Source: Christensenellales bacterium
GTDB taxonomy: Bacteria > Bacillota > Clostridia > Christensenellales > UBA3700
Assembly: GCA_051883455.1 (NCBI GenBank)
Contig: JBJETT010000004.1
Location: 106,555 to 170,554, forward strand
Length of the DNA: 64,000 nt
Direction: 5' to 3'
Positions 34,501 through 43,900 of this stretch are shown in pieces. Under the pieces are notes generated by a model, which searched no databases, was not told where the DNA came from, and was given only the letters and a program-made list of their open reading frames with translations. Position 1 is the first letter of the stretch, and each line of letters opens with the position of its first letter. The translations under genes were made by a program, and so were the position numbers.

Positions 34501-35257
34501 CGAATACGACACGGCAAGAGCCTTTGAGAGAGCGGGCGCAAAAGCAGATATATTTATCGTCAAAAATCAATCTTCTAAGGATATAGAAGAGACGGCAAAA
34601 GCCTTGGTTAAGGCACTAGATAGGGCGCAAATACTTGCTTTTCCGGGTGGATTTAGCGGAGGCGACGAGCCTGACGGAAGCGGTAAATTTATCGCAACGA
34701 CCTTCAAAAACCCTGCTATTGCCGAGGCGGTAATGAAACTGCTATATAATAGGGACGGACTTGCAATAGGTATATGCAACGGCTTCCAAGCACTCATCAA
34801 GTTGGGACTCGTGCCTTACGGCGACATTAGAGAACAAAAAGCCGACGCTCCTACCTTGACCTTCAACAATATTTCTCGACACGTGTCGACTATTGTCAAC
34901 GTTAGAGTGGCTACCAATAAGTCACCTTGGCTCAACGCTTGTCGCGTCGACGAGGTGTACAAGGTTGCCGTCAGCCACGGCGAGGGAAGATTTGTCTCGG
35001 GACAAGAAGAACTCGACAAGCTCGTCAAAGCGGGGCAAGTGGCTACTCAATACGTCGACGTCTTTGGCAACGCGACTATGACTTCGCCTTACAACCCTAA
35101 CGGAAGTATGAAGGCTATCGAAGGCATTATCTCCCCTGACGGCAGAGTGCTCGGCAAGATGGGTCACAGCGAAAGAATAGACGACAATCTCTACAAAAAC
35201 GTAGAGGGCAACTATGATATGAAACTCTTTGAAAGCGGAGTGGAATACTTCAAATAA
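31520..35257 (+). CDS. purL: FGAM synthase, large single-chain form with fused glutaminase domain
   Basis: WSDHCRH, ETHNHPT, DFGAGG, FPGTNCE, GICNGFQ, SHGEGR, MGHSER. Confidence 0.97.
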   Translation: MVRRIFVEKKQNYNVSAKKTLADVKNVLGINAEDVRELIRYDIENIDDAVFESAKSTIFAEAPVDNLYDELPDLAGYTVFVVEYLPGQYDQRADSAMQCVQLLSMGPRPLIKCAKVYAIKGCTDAQIAAIKKYLINPVEAREGEMALPDTLVSQVTLQLTVPTIDGFIAMSDEQIAKYHGEKGFAMSVSDLKFVRDYFAGEKRDPSETELKVIDTYWSDHCRHTTFATEITDVDIKSDNPHLFKALDLYNDLYQEFNAKREDKYKCLMDIATIAVKKLKKEGKLDNLDVSDEINACSVEVDVDVDGKDEKWLIMFKNETHNHPTEIEPFGGAATCLGGAIRDPLSGRTYVYQAMRVTGAADPRKPIEETLKGKLPQRVITKTAAAGYSSYGNQIGLATGLVAEMYHPNYVAKRLETGYVIAGAPKENVVRRKPIEGDIIVLLGGETGRDGCGGATGSSKAHTEKSVEVCGAEVQKGNPPTERKIQRLFRNKDVARLIVKCNDFGAGGVSVAIGELADSLDIYLDKVPKKYEGLSGTELAISESQERMAVVLAKDTVEQFINYAKEENLNAVAVAEVTDNGRMRMFYAGNCIVDLKRSFLDTNGVKQTTKAVVKDNATDYMNKPDEESAKLFAKGDFAGVLYHELSRLNVCSTKGLGETFDSTIGAGSVLMPFGGKYQLTPAVAMAAKPPVNGKTDTATVSSYGCSPQLMSASPFVGSVYSIVLSLSKLVACGVRVDTIRLSLQEFFKRLGSDPERWGQPLSALLGALYAQIGLGVGAIGGKDSMSGTFENIDVPPTLISFAMGITKASKVISNTFAFDGKVKDIYHVSLPRDEYDMVDFGKTLKLYDAINDAIVAGKIKACNVVEEGGVLASVFKACMGNKAGTDWEALTVDMLTPRFGDLVILAEDIDGLKGFDVQKVASLNGTYTCDLCGVEVKMDKAIEAFTGTLESVFPTTAPASGEANNLICVARKHERAARNIVKPTVLIPVFPGTNCEYDTARAFERAGAKADIFIVKNQSSKDIEETAKALVKALDRAQILAFPGGFSGGDEPDGSGKFIATTFKNPAIAEAVMKLLYNRDGLAIGICNGFQALIKLGLVPYGDIREQKADAPTLTFNNISRHVSTIVNVRVATNKSPWLNACRVDEVYKVAVSHGEGRFVSGQEELDKLVKAGQVATQYVDVFGNATMTSPYNPNGSMKAIEGIISPDGRVLGKMGHSERIDDNLYKNVEGNYDMKLFESGVEYFK

Positions 35258-37221
35258 TGGCGTTTTTACCAACCGAAAAACACGAAATATCCGATAGAGT
35301 GGATTTGGTGTACGTGATAGGCGAGGCCTACGTAGACCACCCGTCATTCGGACACGCAATAGTATCGAGACTCATACAAAGTATGGGTCTCAGTATTGCT
35401 ATAATCACCCAACCGCAAAAGGACGAGGATTATTGCATTTTCGGTGAGCCAAAGATGGGCTTTTTGGTGTCTAGCGGTGTGGTGGACAGCATGGTCAACA
35501 ACTATACCGTTGCCAAGATAAGAAGAAGTCGTGACGTGTACAGCGAGGGCGGACAAGTAGGTCTTCGCCCCGATAGAGCCGTGGACGTCTATTGCAACAC
35601 GCTAAAGAGGCTCTATCCCGATAGCGCTATCGTAATAGGCGGTATTGAGGCTTCGCTAAGAAGATTTGCGCACTACGACTATTGGGCGGACAAGGTGTTG
35701 CCTAGCATCCTCGTGTCGAGCCACGCCGACCTACTAATTTACGGTATGGGCGAGCGACCTATCAAGGAGATTGTCGGATACCTCAAAAGGGGCGTTCCGC
35801 TGTCTAAAATCAAGGACGTGAGGGGTACTTGCTATCTTAGTGACTTCGATACGCTCCCTAACAAAATCAAAGAGGACATAGATAGCCGTAAGGCTGTATT
35901 TTGCGAGAGCTACGAGGCAGTCAAGAGCGACAAGCTCGCATACGTGAGGGCATTCAATATCCAGACCAAAACCAACGACCACGCGCACGGCAAGGTGGTT
36001 TTGCAAAAGCACGGCGACAAGTATCTGGTGCAAAATCCTATGCAACTGCCTATGTCTAGCAAGGAAATGGACGAGATTTACGCTCTACCTTACGAGAGAA
36101 CTTATCACCCCAAGTATACCAAGGGCGTGCCTGCTATCGAAGAGGTCAAGTATAGTATCACCTCGGTGCGAGGTTGTTACGGCAACTGCAACTATTGCGC
36201 CATTGCCTATCACCAAGGTAGAGTTGTGCAAAAACGCTCCAAAGAAAGTATAGTGCGAGAGGCGGTGGAATTTACTAAGGACGCCGATTTCAAAGGATAT
36301 ATACACGACGTGGGAGGACCTACAGCCAACTTCCGTGACCCCGCTTGCGCTAAACAATGGGATAAAGGGGTGTGCCCCGATAGGCAATGTATCGGCTACA
36401 AGCCTTGCCCTAATATGAAGGTAGACCATAGCGAGTACCTCGATTTGCTACGCACTCTAAGAAAGTTGGAAGGCGTAAAGAAGGTATTTATCCGTAGCGG
36501 TATAAGATACGACTACGCAATGTACGACGGCAGCGACGAGTTTATCGAAGAGGTAATCAAATACCACGTGTCGGGACAACTCAAAGTCGCACCCGAGCAC
36601 GTCAGCGACAACGTGCTAAAAAATATGAACAAGCCAAACTTTGACTTGTACCTTAGATTTAAGCAAAAGTTTGACGATATCAACAAAAAGCTAGGCAAAA
36701 AGCAATATTTGGTGCCTTACCTAATCTCTTCGCACCCCGGCTGTACGCTAAACGACGCTATCAACCTTGCGCTCTATCTCAAGTCGATAGGATATATGCC
36801 CGAGCAGGTGCAAGACTTCTATCCGACGCCGTCCACCAAGTCGACGTGTATGTACTATACGGGTATCAATCCCGACACTATGCAAGAGGTGTACGTGCCG
36901 AGAAGCAAAAGGGAAAAGCAACTGCAAAGGGCGTTGATGCAGTATAGAAAAAAGGAAAACTACAATCTAGTCAAAGAGGCTCTAATCGAGGCGGGTAGAC
37001 AAGACCTCATTGGCTTCAAAGAGTCGTGTCTTATCAAACCGCTAAAAGAAGAGGCAAAGTCGGGCTATTTAGAGCAAAAGCCGAAGAATACGAGTGGTAA
37101 AAAAGCCGTCAAGACGCGTAGTGGTGTGGTGTACGTAGACCAAGCCAAGATAGATAAAATCAACTCGGACAAAAAGCGCGCCAAGGGCAAATCTACCCCA
37201 AAAAAGAGAGGTAAAAAGTGA
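35257..37221 (+). CDS. ygiQ: YgiQ-family radical SAM protein with Lys-rich tail
   Basis: GEAYVDHPSFG, RGCYGNCNYC (CxxxCxxC), APEH, QVQDFYPTP. Confidence 0.93.
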   Translation: MAFLPTEKHEISDRVDLVYVIGEAYVDHPSFGHAIVSRLIQSMGLSIAIITQPQKDEDYCIFGEPKMGFLVSSGVVDSMVNNYTVAKIRRSRDVYSEGGQVGLRPDRAVDVYCNTLKRLYPDSAIVIGGIEASLRRFAHYDYWADKVLPSILVSSHADLLIYGMGERPIKEIVGYLKRGVPLSKIKDVRGTCYLSDFDTLPNKIKEDIDSRKAVFCESYEAVKSDKLAYVRAFNIQTKTNDHAHGKVVLQKHGDKYLVQNPMQLPMSSKEMDEIYALPYERTYHPKYTKGVPAIEEVKYSITSVRGCYGNCNYCAIAYHQGRVVQKRSKESIVREAVEFTKDADFKGYIHDVGGPTANFRDPACAKQWDKGVCPDRQCIGYKPCPNMKVDHSEYLDLLRTLRKLEGVKKVFIRSGIRYDYAMYDGSDEFIEEVIKYHVSGQLKVAPEHVSDNVLKNMNKPNFDLYLRFKQKFDDINKKLGKKQYLVPYLISSHPGCTLNDAINLALYLKSIGYMPEQVQDFYPTPSTKSTCMYYTGINPDTMQEVYVPRSKREKQLQRALMQYRKKENYNLVKEALIEAGRQDLIGFKESCLIKPLKEEAKSGYLEQKPKNTSGKKAVKTRSGVVYVDQAKIDKINSDKKRAKGKSTPKKRGKK

Positions 37222-37835
37222 GGCAAGTAACGGCTATACTCATTCAGTCAAGCAATATCGACCGAGCTAACCTCTATCTTGACGGGGAGTTTTGTTGCGG
37301 AATTTCGAGAATAGTGCTGGCAAGCAACAATATCAAAGTCGGTAGTATGCTCAGCGATAGCGACTTGCAAGAGTTGATATTCGAGAGCGAAAAGGACAAG
37401 GCGTGGAACTGGGCTTTGTCGTACATATCTCGCTATACGCCAACTTCGAACGGGCTTAAGAGCAAGCTCTACGACAAGGGCTACAACAAGCCGATAGTCG
37501 AGTATTGCTTGTCCAAAGCAATAGAGTACGGCTATATCAACGACCTAGAGTGGGCAAGGTGCTACGTGGAATACAACAAGGTGGTCAAGGGTGCTAGCCG
37601 TATTAGGAACGACCTCATTGCCAAAGGAATATCCAAAGATATAATTGCGCAAGTTTTGATAGACCTAGACGATGACGAGGACGACGCGATATACGAGGTG
37701 GCTCGCAAGCACGCCAAGACAGGTGACTTGGACGACCCTAAATACGTGGCGAGATTGGCAAGATTTTTGCATGCAAGAGGCTTCTCGAGTGACAAAATTT
37801 TTGCGGTGATAGATAGATTGAAAGCAGAGAGATGA
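37218..37835 (+). CDS. recX: RecA regulator RecX
   Basis: LKSKL..KGY, YINDLEWA..YV, G..RIRNDL..KGI, FL..RGF repeats. Confidence 0.85.
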   Translation: MRQVTAILIQSSNIDRANLYLDGEFCCGISRIVLASNNIKVGSMLSDSDLQELIFESEKDKAWNWALSYISRYTPTSNGLKSKLYDKGYNKPIVEYCLSKAIEYGYINDLEWARCYVEYNKVVKGASRIRNDLIAKGISKDIIAQVLIDLDDDEDDAIYEVARKHAKTGDLDDPKYVARLARFLHARGFSSDKIFAVIDRLKAER

Positions 37836-38048
37836 CTCTCTGTTTTTTTATTATATGATGAGTACGTTTTGGTTGTGAAGTTTACTCTTATATGCAAAAA
37901 TTCTATTTGATATGGTAGAATGATAATAAGTTGGAACGTTGACGGCAATACGTTACATATATGCTATTTTGTCAAGTGTAGAATTGTTAGGGAAATTTTG
38001 ACCTTGACAGTGAGGAAAGATAGTAATAAAATATCGTTGAGGTGAATT

Positions 38049-39551
38049 ATGAATTTTTGCGTAAGTGCTAGCGTGATGAAGGAGAGCGATAGACTCACCA
38101 TAGAGGGTGGCGTTGGTGGCGATATCTTAATGCAAAGAGCCGCTCAATGCGTCTACGATAGCGTGGATTGGACTAGCAAAAAGATATATATCGTATGCGG
38201 CAAGGGCAACAACGGCGGTGACGGCTATGCTTTGGCGTGCATTTTGGCGGAAAATGGGTATGATTTTTGCGTATTTGCCGTGGGAGAAAATAGGTCGGCT
38301 ACGAGCAAGATTTACGTAGACAAATTGGACAAGCTCGGCGTCAAGGCGAGAGATATTTCGCAATGCGACTACGACTGCGATATACTCGTCGATTGCATAT
38401 TCGGCGTTGGCTTCGATAGGCAAGCCGATAGCGCTACACAAAAGATTTTTGACCAAATCAACGCTTGCCGTGCATATATCGTGAGTGTGGATATTCCTAG
38501 CGGACTAAATAGCGACAACGGACTAGGCAAAGACTGCGTGAAAGCCGACCTAACCGTAGCTATCCAAAGCCTAAAACGCGGACACTTGCTATCTTACGGC
38601 AAGGATAAGTGCGGAAAAATTGTCGTTGCCGACATAGGTATAGAGATTGTCGGCGAGAGAGAATATATCGTAGATAGAGAATATTGCGCGGACTGTTTTG
38701 CTCCAAGGCTCAACAATACCAATAAGGGAAGCTACGGCAAGAGCGTCATTATTGGAGGGTGTGCCCAATATATCGGGGCGGTCAAACTTGCTCAAATGGG
38801 CGAGGCGGCTCTTAGATGCGGATGCGGACTCAACTGCGTTGCCGTGCCAAGCAGTTTGGCGGACAACTTGAGAAATTGCGTGGTCGACAGTACGATTTTT
38901 CCTATGGCAAGTAGGGACGAGCATATAATCTTTGATAAGCCGGCATTGGATAGGCTGGTGCAAGGCGCAACCGCCGTTGCCGTGGGTATGGGAATGGGCG
39001 AGAGCTTGGACGATAATAGAGCCGTGATAAGTTATCTTCTAGCCCACTTTGACGGCAGTATTTTGATAGACGCCGACGGACTCAATAGTCTGCAAGGCTA
39101 CGAATATTTGCTAGACGATAAAGTAGCTAGAGTAGTGATTACCCCTCACCCTAAGGAGATGTCTAGGTTGTGCGGTCTAAGCGTGTCCGACGTGCTTGCT
39201 AACCCCGTGGGCGTTGCCGAAATATTTGCTAGAGAGCATGGAATTACCGTTTTGCTCAAAGGTACGTCCACAGTCGTTACCGACGGACAAGATACGTGTA
39301 TCGTGGCTAGCGGCACTCCCGCACAAGCCAAAGGCGGGTCGGGCGACGTGCTGTCGGGCGTGATAGTAGGCTTACTCGCAAGAGGTATCGAGCCTATAAA
39401 GGCTGCCTCAACGGGCGCGTTTATATGTGCCGATAGCGCCAAAAAAGCAAGCGAAAAATATGGAGAATATGGGACGCTTGCTTCGGATTGCGTAAGAGAA
39501 GTAGGGGAAGTTGTCCGCGATTTAGAAAGTATAGCAAGGGGGATAGAATAA
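38049..39551 (+). CDS. nnr: Bifunctional NAD(P)H-hydrate epimerase/dehydratase
   Basis: CGKGNNGGDG, DCIFGVG, VDIPSG, IDADGL, TPHPKEM, GGSGDVLSG. Confidence 0.95.
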   Translation: MNFCVSASVMKESDRLTIEGGVGGDILMQRAAQCVYDSVDWTSKKIYIVCGKGNNGGDGYALACILAENGYDFCVFAVGENRSATSKIYVDKLDKLGVKARDISQCDYDCDILVDCIFGVGFDRQADSATQKIFDQINACRAYIVSVDIPSGLNSDNGLGKDCVKADLTVAIQSLKRGHLLSYGKDKCGKIVVADIGIEIVGEREYIVDREYCADCFAPRLNNTNKGSYGKSVIIGGCAQYIGAVKLAQMGEAALRCGCGLNCVAVPSSLADNLRNCVVDSTIFPMASRDEHIIFDKPALDRLVQGATAVAVGMGMGESLDDNRAVISYLLAHFDGSILIDADGLNSLQGYEYLLDDKVARVVITPHPKEMSRLCGLSVSDVLANPVGVAEIFAREHGITVLLKGTSTVVTDGQDTCIVASGTPAQAKGGSGDVLSGVIVGLLARGIEPIKAASTGAFICADSAKKASEKYGEYGTLASDCVREVGEVVRDLESIARGIE

Positions 39552-39574
39552 AATCAATCATACTTGTCCACAAT

Positions 39575-39603
39575 AACCATTGTCGCTATCTTGTCATACA
39601 ATA
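39575..39603 (+). promoter_or_regulatory. sigK-like promoter AACC-N16-CATACAATA upstream of mazF
   Basis: Matches the B. subtilis sigK consensus mACm-N16-CATAnnnTA; the -10 CATACAAT also fits sigE. Confidence 0.5.
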
Positions 39604-39633
39604 GGATAGGGCAATTCAACGAGTGGAGAGACT

Positions 39634-39975
39634 ATGATTAAGAGAGGAGAACTGTATTACGCAGACCTTAGCCCCGTGGTAGGAAGCGAACAAGGCGGTG
39701 TAAGACCCGTACTCATTGTCCAAAACGATATTGGCAATAGACACAGCCCTACGATTATTGCCGCCGCCGTCACGTCTCAAATCAACAAAGCCAAACTTCC
39801 TACGCATATCGAGCTGTCAGCCAACGAGTACGGCTTGCCAAAAGACTCGGTGGTGCTTTTGGAACAAATCAGAACGCTGGACAAACAGCGCCTGAGAGAA
39901 AGAATAGGCGAATTGCCAACGGATATGATGACCAAAATCAACCACGCATTGCTGATAAGTCTCGGATTTTTTTGA
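39634..39975 (+). CDS. mazF: MazF/PemK (NdoA/EndoA) endoribonuclease toxin with no adjacent antitoxin
   Basis: [50 protein letters not shown] closely follows B. subtilis NdoA. Confidence 0.96.
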   Translation: MIKRGELYYADLSPVVGSEQGGVRPVLIVQNDIGNRHSPTIIAAAVTSQINKAKLPTHIELSANEYGLPKDSVVLLEQIRTLDKQRLRERIGELPTDMMTKINHALLISLGFF

Positions 39976-39981
39976 TAACGG

Positions 39982-40011
39982 TGCGACGCTCAAGAGGCGT
40001 CGCATTTTTTT
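39982..40011 (+). terminator. Intrinsic terminator after mazF
   Basis: TGCGACGC-loop-GCGTCGCA plus TTTTTTT. Confidence 0.85.
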
Positions 40012-40278
40012 GTTTGTAACGTATATGGGTATAAGCGAAATTGACGATATTTTTTTGAAAATTAACCTTGGGCGTTGATAGGTAAAGTAGATGTTTTGAG
40101 TATCTATTTGGATTTTTTATATCAAAATAGAAATACGGTGTAATAATATGGTTTTTTTGAATAAAAAAATATGCAAAATATAGTTGCTTTTGGCGGGTGG
40201 GGGTATTGACTTATCCTTTTTGTTATGTTATGATAATTGTGTTATATTTTATATAATAATAAACGTGGGATGTGAATT

Positions 40279-41976
40279 ATGAGTACAAAAAAATCAATCT
40301 TTGACCTTCCTATCCTTCATAAATTTTTGGGTACCGACCCAAATAAGAAGGAAGAAATGCAACCTAAGGAAGCGCTCGGTTACTCCTTTGCAGGTTTTGG
40401 ACAAAACATAATCTGTCAACTTGTTACCACCTTCTTTATGGTTTACCTCACCGACGTGGCGATGATTCCGCCAATGTGGCTTGCCTTTATGTTCCTTGGT
40501 GCAAGACTCTTCGACGCGTTCAACGACCCGATTATGGGCTCTATCGTTGATAGAACTAAGACCAAATGGGGCAAGATGAGACCGTATTTGCTGTATGCGC
40601 CTATCCCTATAGGTATCTTTACGGTATTGCTCTTTACGACTTTCTCCACCAATATTAAGGTTCAGTTCGTAATCTCCACGATTATCTATCTATGTTGGGG
40701 TATCTCGTACACCATAGTTGACGTGCCTTATTGGGGACTTAGCTCGGCAATGACCAAGGACGGCGACCAAAGAAATACTTTGCTTACCGTTGCTCGTCTC
40801 ATTTGTACTATCGGTAGCGGTGTAGTTTCTATCGTTATCCCTGCCGTAACCGATGCGGTTGACCCAAGCGCTTATAAGACCGCATATCTCATTATCGCCA
40901 TCGTTTCGGTATTGGTTGCTCTCCCTACCTTCTTCGTAGGATTTAAGACCACTACCGAGAGATATTACGACGAAGAAGCCAACAAGACTTCTCTCGGCAA
41001 GAGCCTCAAGCTTCTCTTTAAGAATAAGCCTTTGTTGCTCCTTATCTTGGTGGGCGTGCTCGGCGGACTTAGAACCATATATATGACCACCACCATTTAT
41101 TACGCCAACTACAACCTTATGAACCTCTCTCTTGCGGGCGTTATCTTCTTGCTCGTAGTACCGGGCGGTCTTGCGGCAACTTTGCTTACGCCTGTTCTCT
41201 CCAAGAAGTTCGGCAAAAAGAACGTGTTTATTTGGTCGCATATCATCGGCGGATTGCTCCTCGTTTTGTTGTACTTTATCGGAAGAAGCTCCAACGGCAC
41301 TAGTACCGTTTCGCAAATATTCTTCTATATCATAATCATAATTGCGGGCGTTCCTTCGGGATTTAGTAATATCTTGACTTACGCCATGATTGCAGACTCT
41401 ATCGACTATCTCGAAGATAAGACGGGTGAGAGAGCGGAGGGTATCTGCTTTGCAATGCAGACTTTTATCTCTAAGATAGGTATGGCTCTCACCGCTTTCG
41501 TTACCTTGATGGTGCTCGGCGAGTTCGGTTACGACCAATCTTTCCTCGAAGCATTCCAAAGCGGTATTAAGGCAGAGGCTTTCGACGTTACTGCAGGTGG
41601 TATAATTCAAGTAGATTTGGCTAAGTTCGATATCTCTCAACTTCACACCGGAGAAGGTGAGGCTTTGACGGTAGAAGCTTTCCAAGGTATGTATAGCAAG
41701 GTTTGTGAAGGTACTTGGCTTGCTACCACGCTCCTTTGCGGTGCATCTATGTTCGCTTGTATCATTCCTTTGTTCTTCTACAAATTTGACGAAAAGGCTC
41801 AAGCCGAAGCAGTTGCTCGTGTAGCTGCAAGAAAGGCTGCGCTTGTCGAAGTAGAAGTTGTTGAGGAAGTAACCGCTGACGGAGATACCGTTGAAGTGGT
41901 TGAAGAAGTCGTTGAGGTTGTTGAAACCGTTGAACCTGTAGTTGACGATACCGTAGACGACCAAGACAAACAATAA
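40279..41976 (+). CDS. MFS glycoside-pentoside-hexuronide (MelB/GPH) cation symporter
   Basis: DAFNDPIMGSIVDRTKTKWGKMRPY, VDVPYWGL, MIADSIDY.E..TGER.EG; about 12 TM helices. Confidence 0.92.
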   Translation: MSTKKSIFDLPILHKFLGTDPNKKEEMQPKEALGYSFAGFGQNIICQLVTTFFMVYLTDVAMIPPMWLAFMFLGARLFDAFNDPIMGSIVDRTKTKWGKMRPYLLYAPIPIGIFTVLLFTTFSTNIKVQFVISTIIYLCWGISYTIVDVPYWGLSSAMTKDGDQRNTLLTVARLICTIGSGVVSIVIPAVTDAVDPSAYKTAYLIIAIVSVLVALPTFFVGFKTTTERYYDEEANKTSLGKSLKLLFKNKPLLLLILVGVLGGLRTIYMTTTIYYANYNLMNLSLAGVIFLLVVPGGLAATLLTPVLSKKFGKKNVFIWSHIIGGLLLVLLYFIGRSSNGTSTVSQIFFYIIIIIAGVPSGFSNILTYAMIADSIDYLEDKTGERAEGICFAMQTFISKIGMALTAFVTLMVLGEFGYDQSFLEAFQSGIKAEAFDVTAGGIIQVDLAKFDISQLHTGEGEALTVEAFQGMYSKVCEGTWLATTLLCGASMFACIIPLFFYKFDEKAQAEAVARVAARKAALVEVEVVEEVTADGDTVEVVEEVVEVVETVEPVVDDTVDDQDKQ

Positions 41977-42046
41977 TATAGTATAAAAATTATGCAACCG
42001 CTATTCTAAGAGGTAGCGGTTGCAAAATAATGTAAATAAGAAGGTT

Positions 42047-43573
42047 ATGGCTCACGTAAGCTTGTACAGAAAATATAGACCTACTAGCTTTGACACGATG
42101 ATAGGTCAACAACACGTCGTTCGTACCCTCAAAAATAGCATTTTGAGCGGTAAGATTTCGCATGCTTATTTGTTTACGGGCACGAGGGGAACGGGTAAGA
42201 CTACTACCGCCAAAATCTTTGCGAGAGCAATCAACTGTTTGCACCCGAGAGAAGACGGCTCTCCGTGTGAAGTATGCGAGGTATGTAAGGCGCTCTCGGC
42301 ACCAAACAACTTCGATATAATCGAGATGGACGCCGCTTCCAACAACGGCGTGGACGATATCAGAGACCTAAGAGAAAAGGTAAAGTTTCCGCCTAGTGTA
42401 GGCAAGTACAAGGTCTATATCATAGACGAGGTACACATGCTGTCACCAAGCGCTTTCAACGCCTTGCTCAAGACGTTGGAAGAGCCACCTCAACACGCAG
42501 TATTTATTTTGGCTACCACCGAAGTACACAAAATCCCTCAAACGATTTTGTCACGTTGTATGAGACTTGACTTTAAACTGCTCACTACTACGGAATTGAC
42601 GGAGTTGCTGACAAAAATATTCGAAGAAGAGGGCAGACAGTACCAAAAAGAAGCCTTGCAACTAATAGCCGAGGCAGGTGACGGAAGCGTGAGAGATAGC
42701 CTTTCGATAGCTGATATTTGTATGTCGTATTGCGAAGGACAAGTGGGCTATGAGGACGTACTTGAAGTGCTCGGCGCTTCGTCCCCTACGATGATTTTGA
42801 AGCTTGTCGAGGCTCTAGTTAAGAGTGACGTGCGCGGGGCTTTAGAAACGGTAGAAAGTATCGTTTCTATGGGTAAAAGCGTGTCGTTGCTTGCCAAAGA
42901 CGTGGCTAAGACTTTGCGCAACGTTGTCTTTGCAAAAAACTGCGTCAACGCCAACAAAATTTTGGGCTTGCCAAGTGAAATATACAATCGCCTAGTGAGA
43001 TACGGAGATTTGTGTACCAACGACAAATTGGTGCACATGGTTGATACCTTTATGGATATAGAGGGACAGCTAAAATACAGCAGTAGCGGACAAATCGTCT
43101 TGGAAATGGCTGTGGTTAAGGCTTGCGATTTGTTCGTTAGCATAGATACCGACGGCATCATCAAAAGACTCAAAGACGTAGAATCTAAGGTGAGAGGATT
43201 GATTAACACTGCCGAAAGCAACGGCGGTGAGCACTGTCAGCTAGACGTGGACGTAGTTTGGGGAAGACTACTCAACGTTTTGAGCAAAAACAGCTCTATG
43301 GTGGTCGCTTATAAGACTGCTAGTGAAGTGGATACGAAAACTCAGTTGTCCTACAAAAATAATACCTTGATAATTACGGTATTTAGCGACAAGCAATTTG
43401 CGGTACTCGACTATTACGTCAACGAATTTAAGTCAATAATTTGTAAGGAATATTTTGAGATTACCGATATCCAAATCGTACTCGACAACAAAGTGGACGA
43501 GATGAAACAAAGTATTGCTAAGATTACCGAGATGGTAGGCAACGACAAAATAACTATAAAAGAAGGAGAATAA
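42047..43573 (+). CDS. dnaX: DNA polymerase III gamma/tau subunit
   Basis: LYRKYRP, GTRGTGKTT, DAASNNGVDDIR, IDEVHML, TILSRC. Confidence 0.98.
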   Translation: MAHVSLYRKYRPTSFDTMIGQQHVVRTLKNSILSGKISHAYLFTGTRGTGKTTTAKIFARAINCLHPREDGSPCEVCEVCKALSAPNNFDIIEMDAASNNGVDDIRDLREKVKFPPSVGKYKVYIIDEVHMLSPSAFNALLKTLEEPPQHAVFILATTEVHKIPQTILSRCMRLDFKLLTTTELTELLTKIFEEEGRQYQKEALQLIAEAGDGSVRDSLSIADICMSYCEGQVGYEDVLEVLGASSPTMILKLVEALVKSDVRGALETVESIVSMGKSVSLLAKDVAKTLRNVVFAKNCVNANKILGLPSEIYNRLVRYGDLCTNDKLVHMVDTFMDIEGQLKYSSSGQIVLEMAVVKACDLFVSIDTDGIIKRLKDVESKVRGLINTAESNGGEHCQLDVDVVWGRLLNVLSKNSSMVVAYKTASEVDTKTQLSYKNNTLIITVFSDKQFAVLDYYVNEFKSIICKEYFEITDIQIVLDNKVDEMKQSIAKITEMVGNDKITIKEGE

Positions 43574-43575
43574 GT

Positions 43576-43899
43576 ATGGGAAAATTCGGCGGTTTCGGTG
43601 GCATGGGTAACATGCAACAGTTGATGAAACAAGCTCAAAAAATGCAACAAGATATGCTCGCGGCTCAAGAAGAATTGGCTAATACCGAAGTGGTAGGCAC
43701 GAGTGGCGGCTCTATGGTCGAGGTTACTATGACCTGCGACAAAAAGTTGGTGGGAATATCAATCAAACCCGAGGCAGTAGACCCCGACGACGTAGAAATG
43801 CTAGAGGACCTCGTCGTTGCCGCTGTCAACGACGCACTCTCCCAAGCCGATGCGATAAAAGAAGAAAAGATGGGAGCTTTTGGCAACATAGGTCTATAA
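43576..43899 (+). CDS. ybaB: Nucleoid-associated protein YbaB/EbfC
   Basis: [35 protein letters not shown]. Confidence 0.96.
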   Translation: MGKFGGFGGMGNMQQLMKQAQKMQQDMLAAQEELANTEVVGTSGGSMVEVTMTCDKKLVGISIKPEAVDPDDVEMLEDLVVAAVNDALSQADAIKEEKMGAFGNIGL

Positions 43900-43900
43900 T

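Noticed and set aside
37836-38048. Small ORF or sRNA between recX and nnr
   Set aside because: Only very short ORFs without SD; no convincing hairpin or terminator; explained by promoter DNA.
39616-39807. Antisense 63-aa ORF as MazF antitoxin
   Set aside because: It lies entirely antisense to mazF, with no AbrB/RHH features and no SD.
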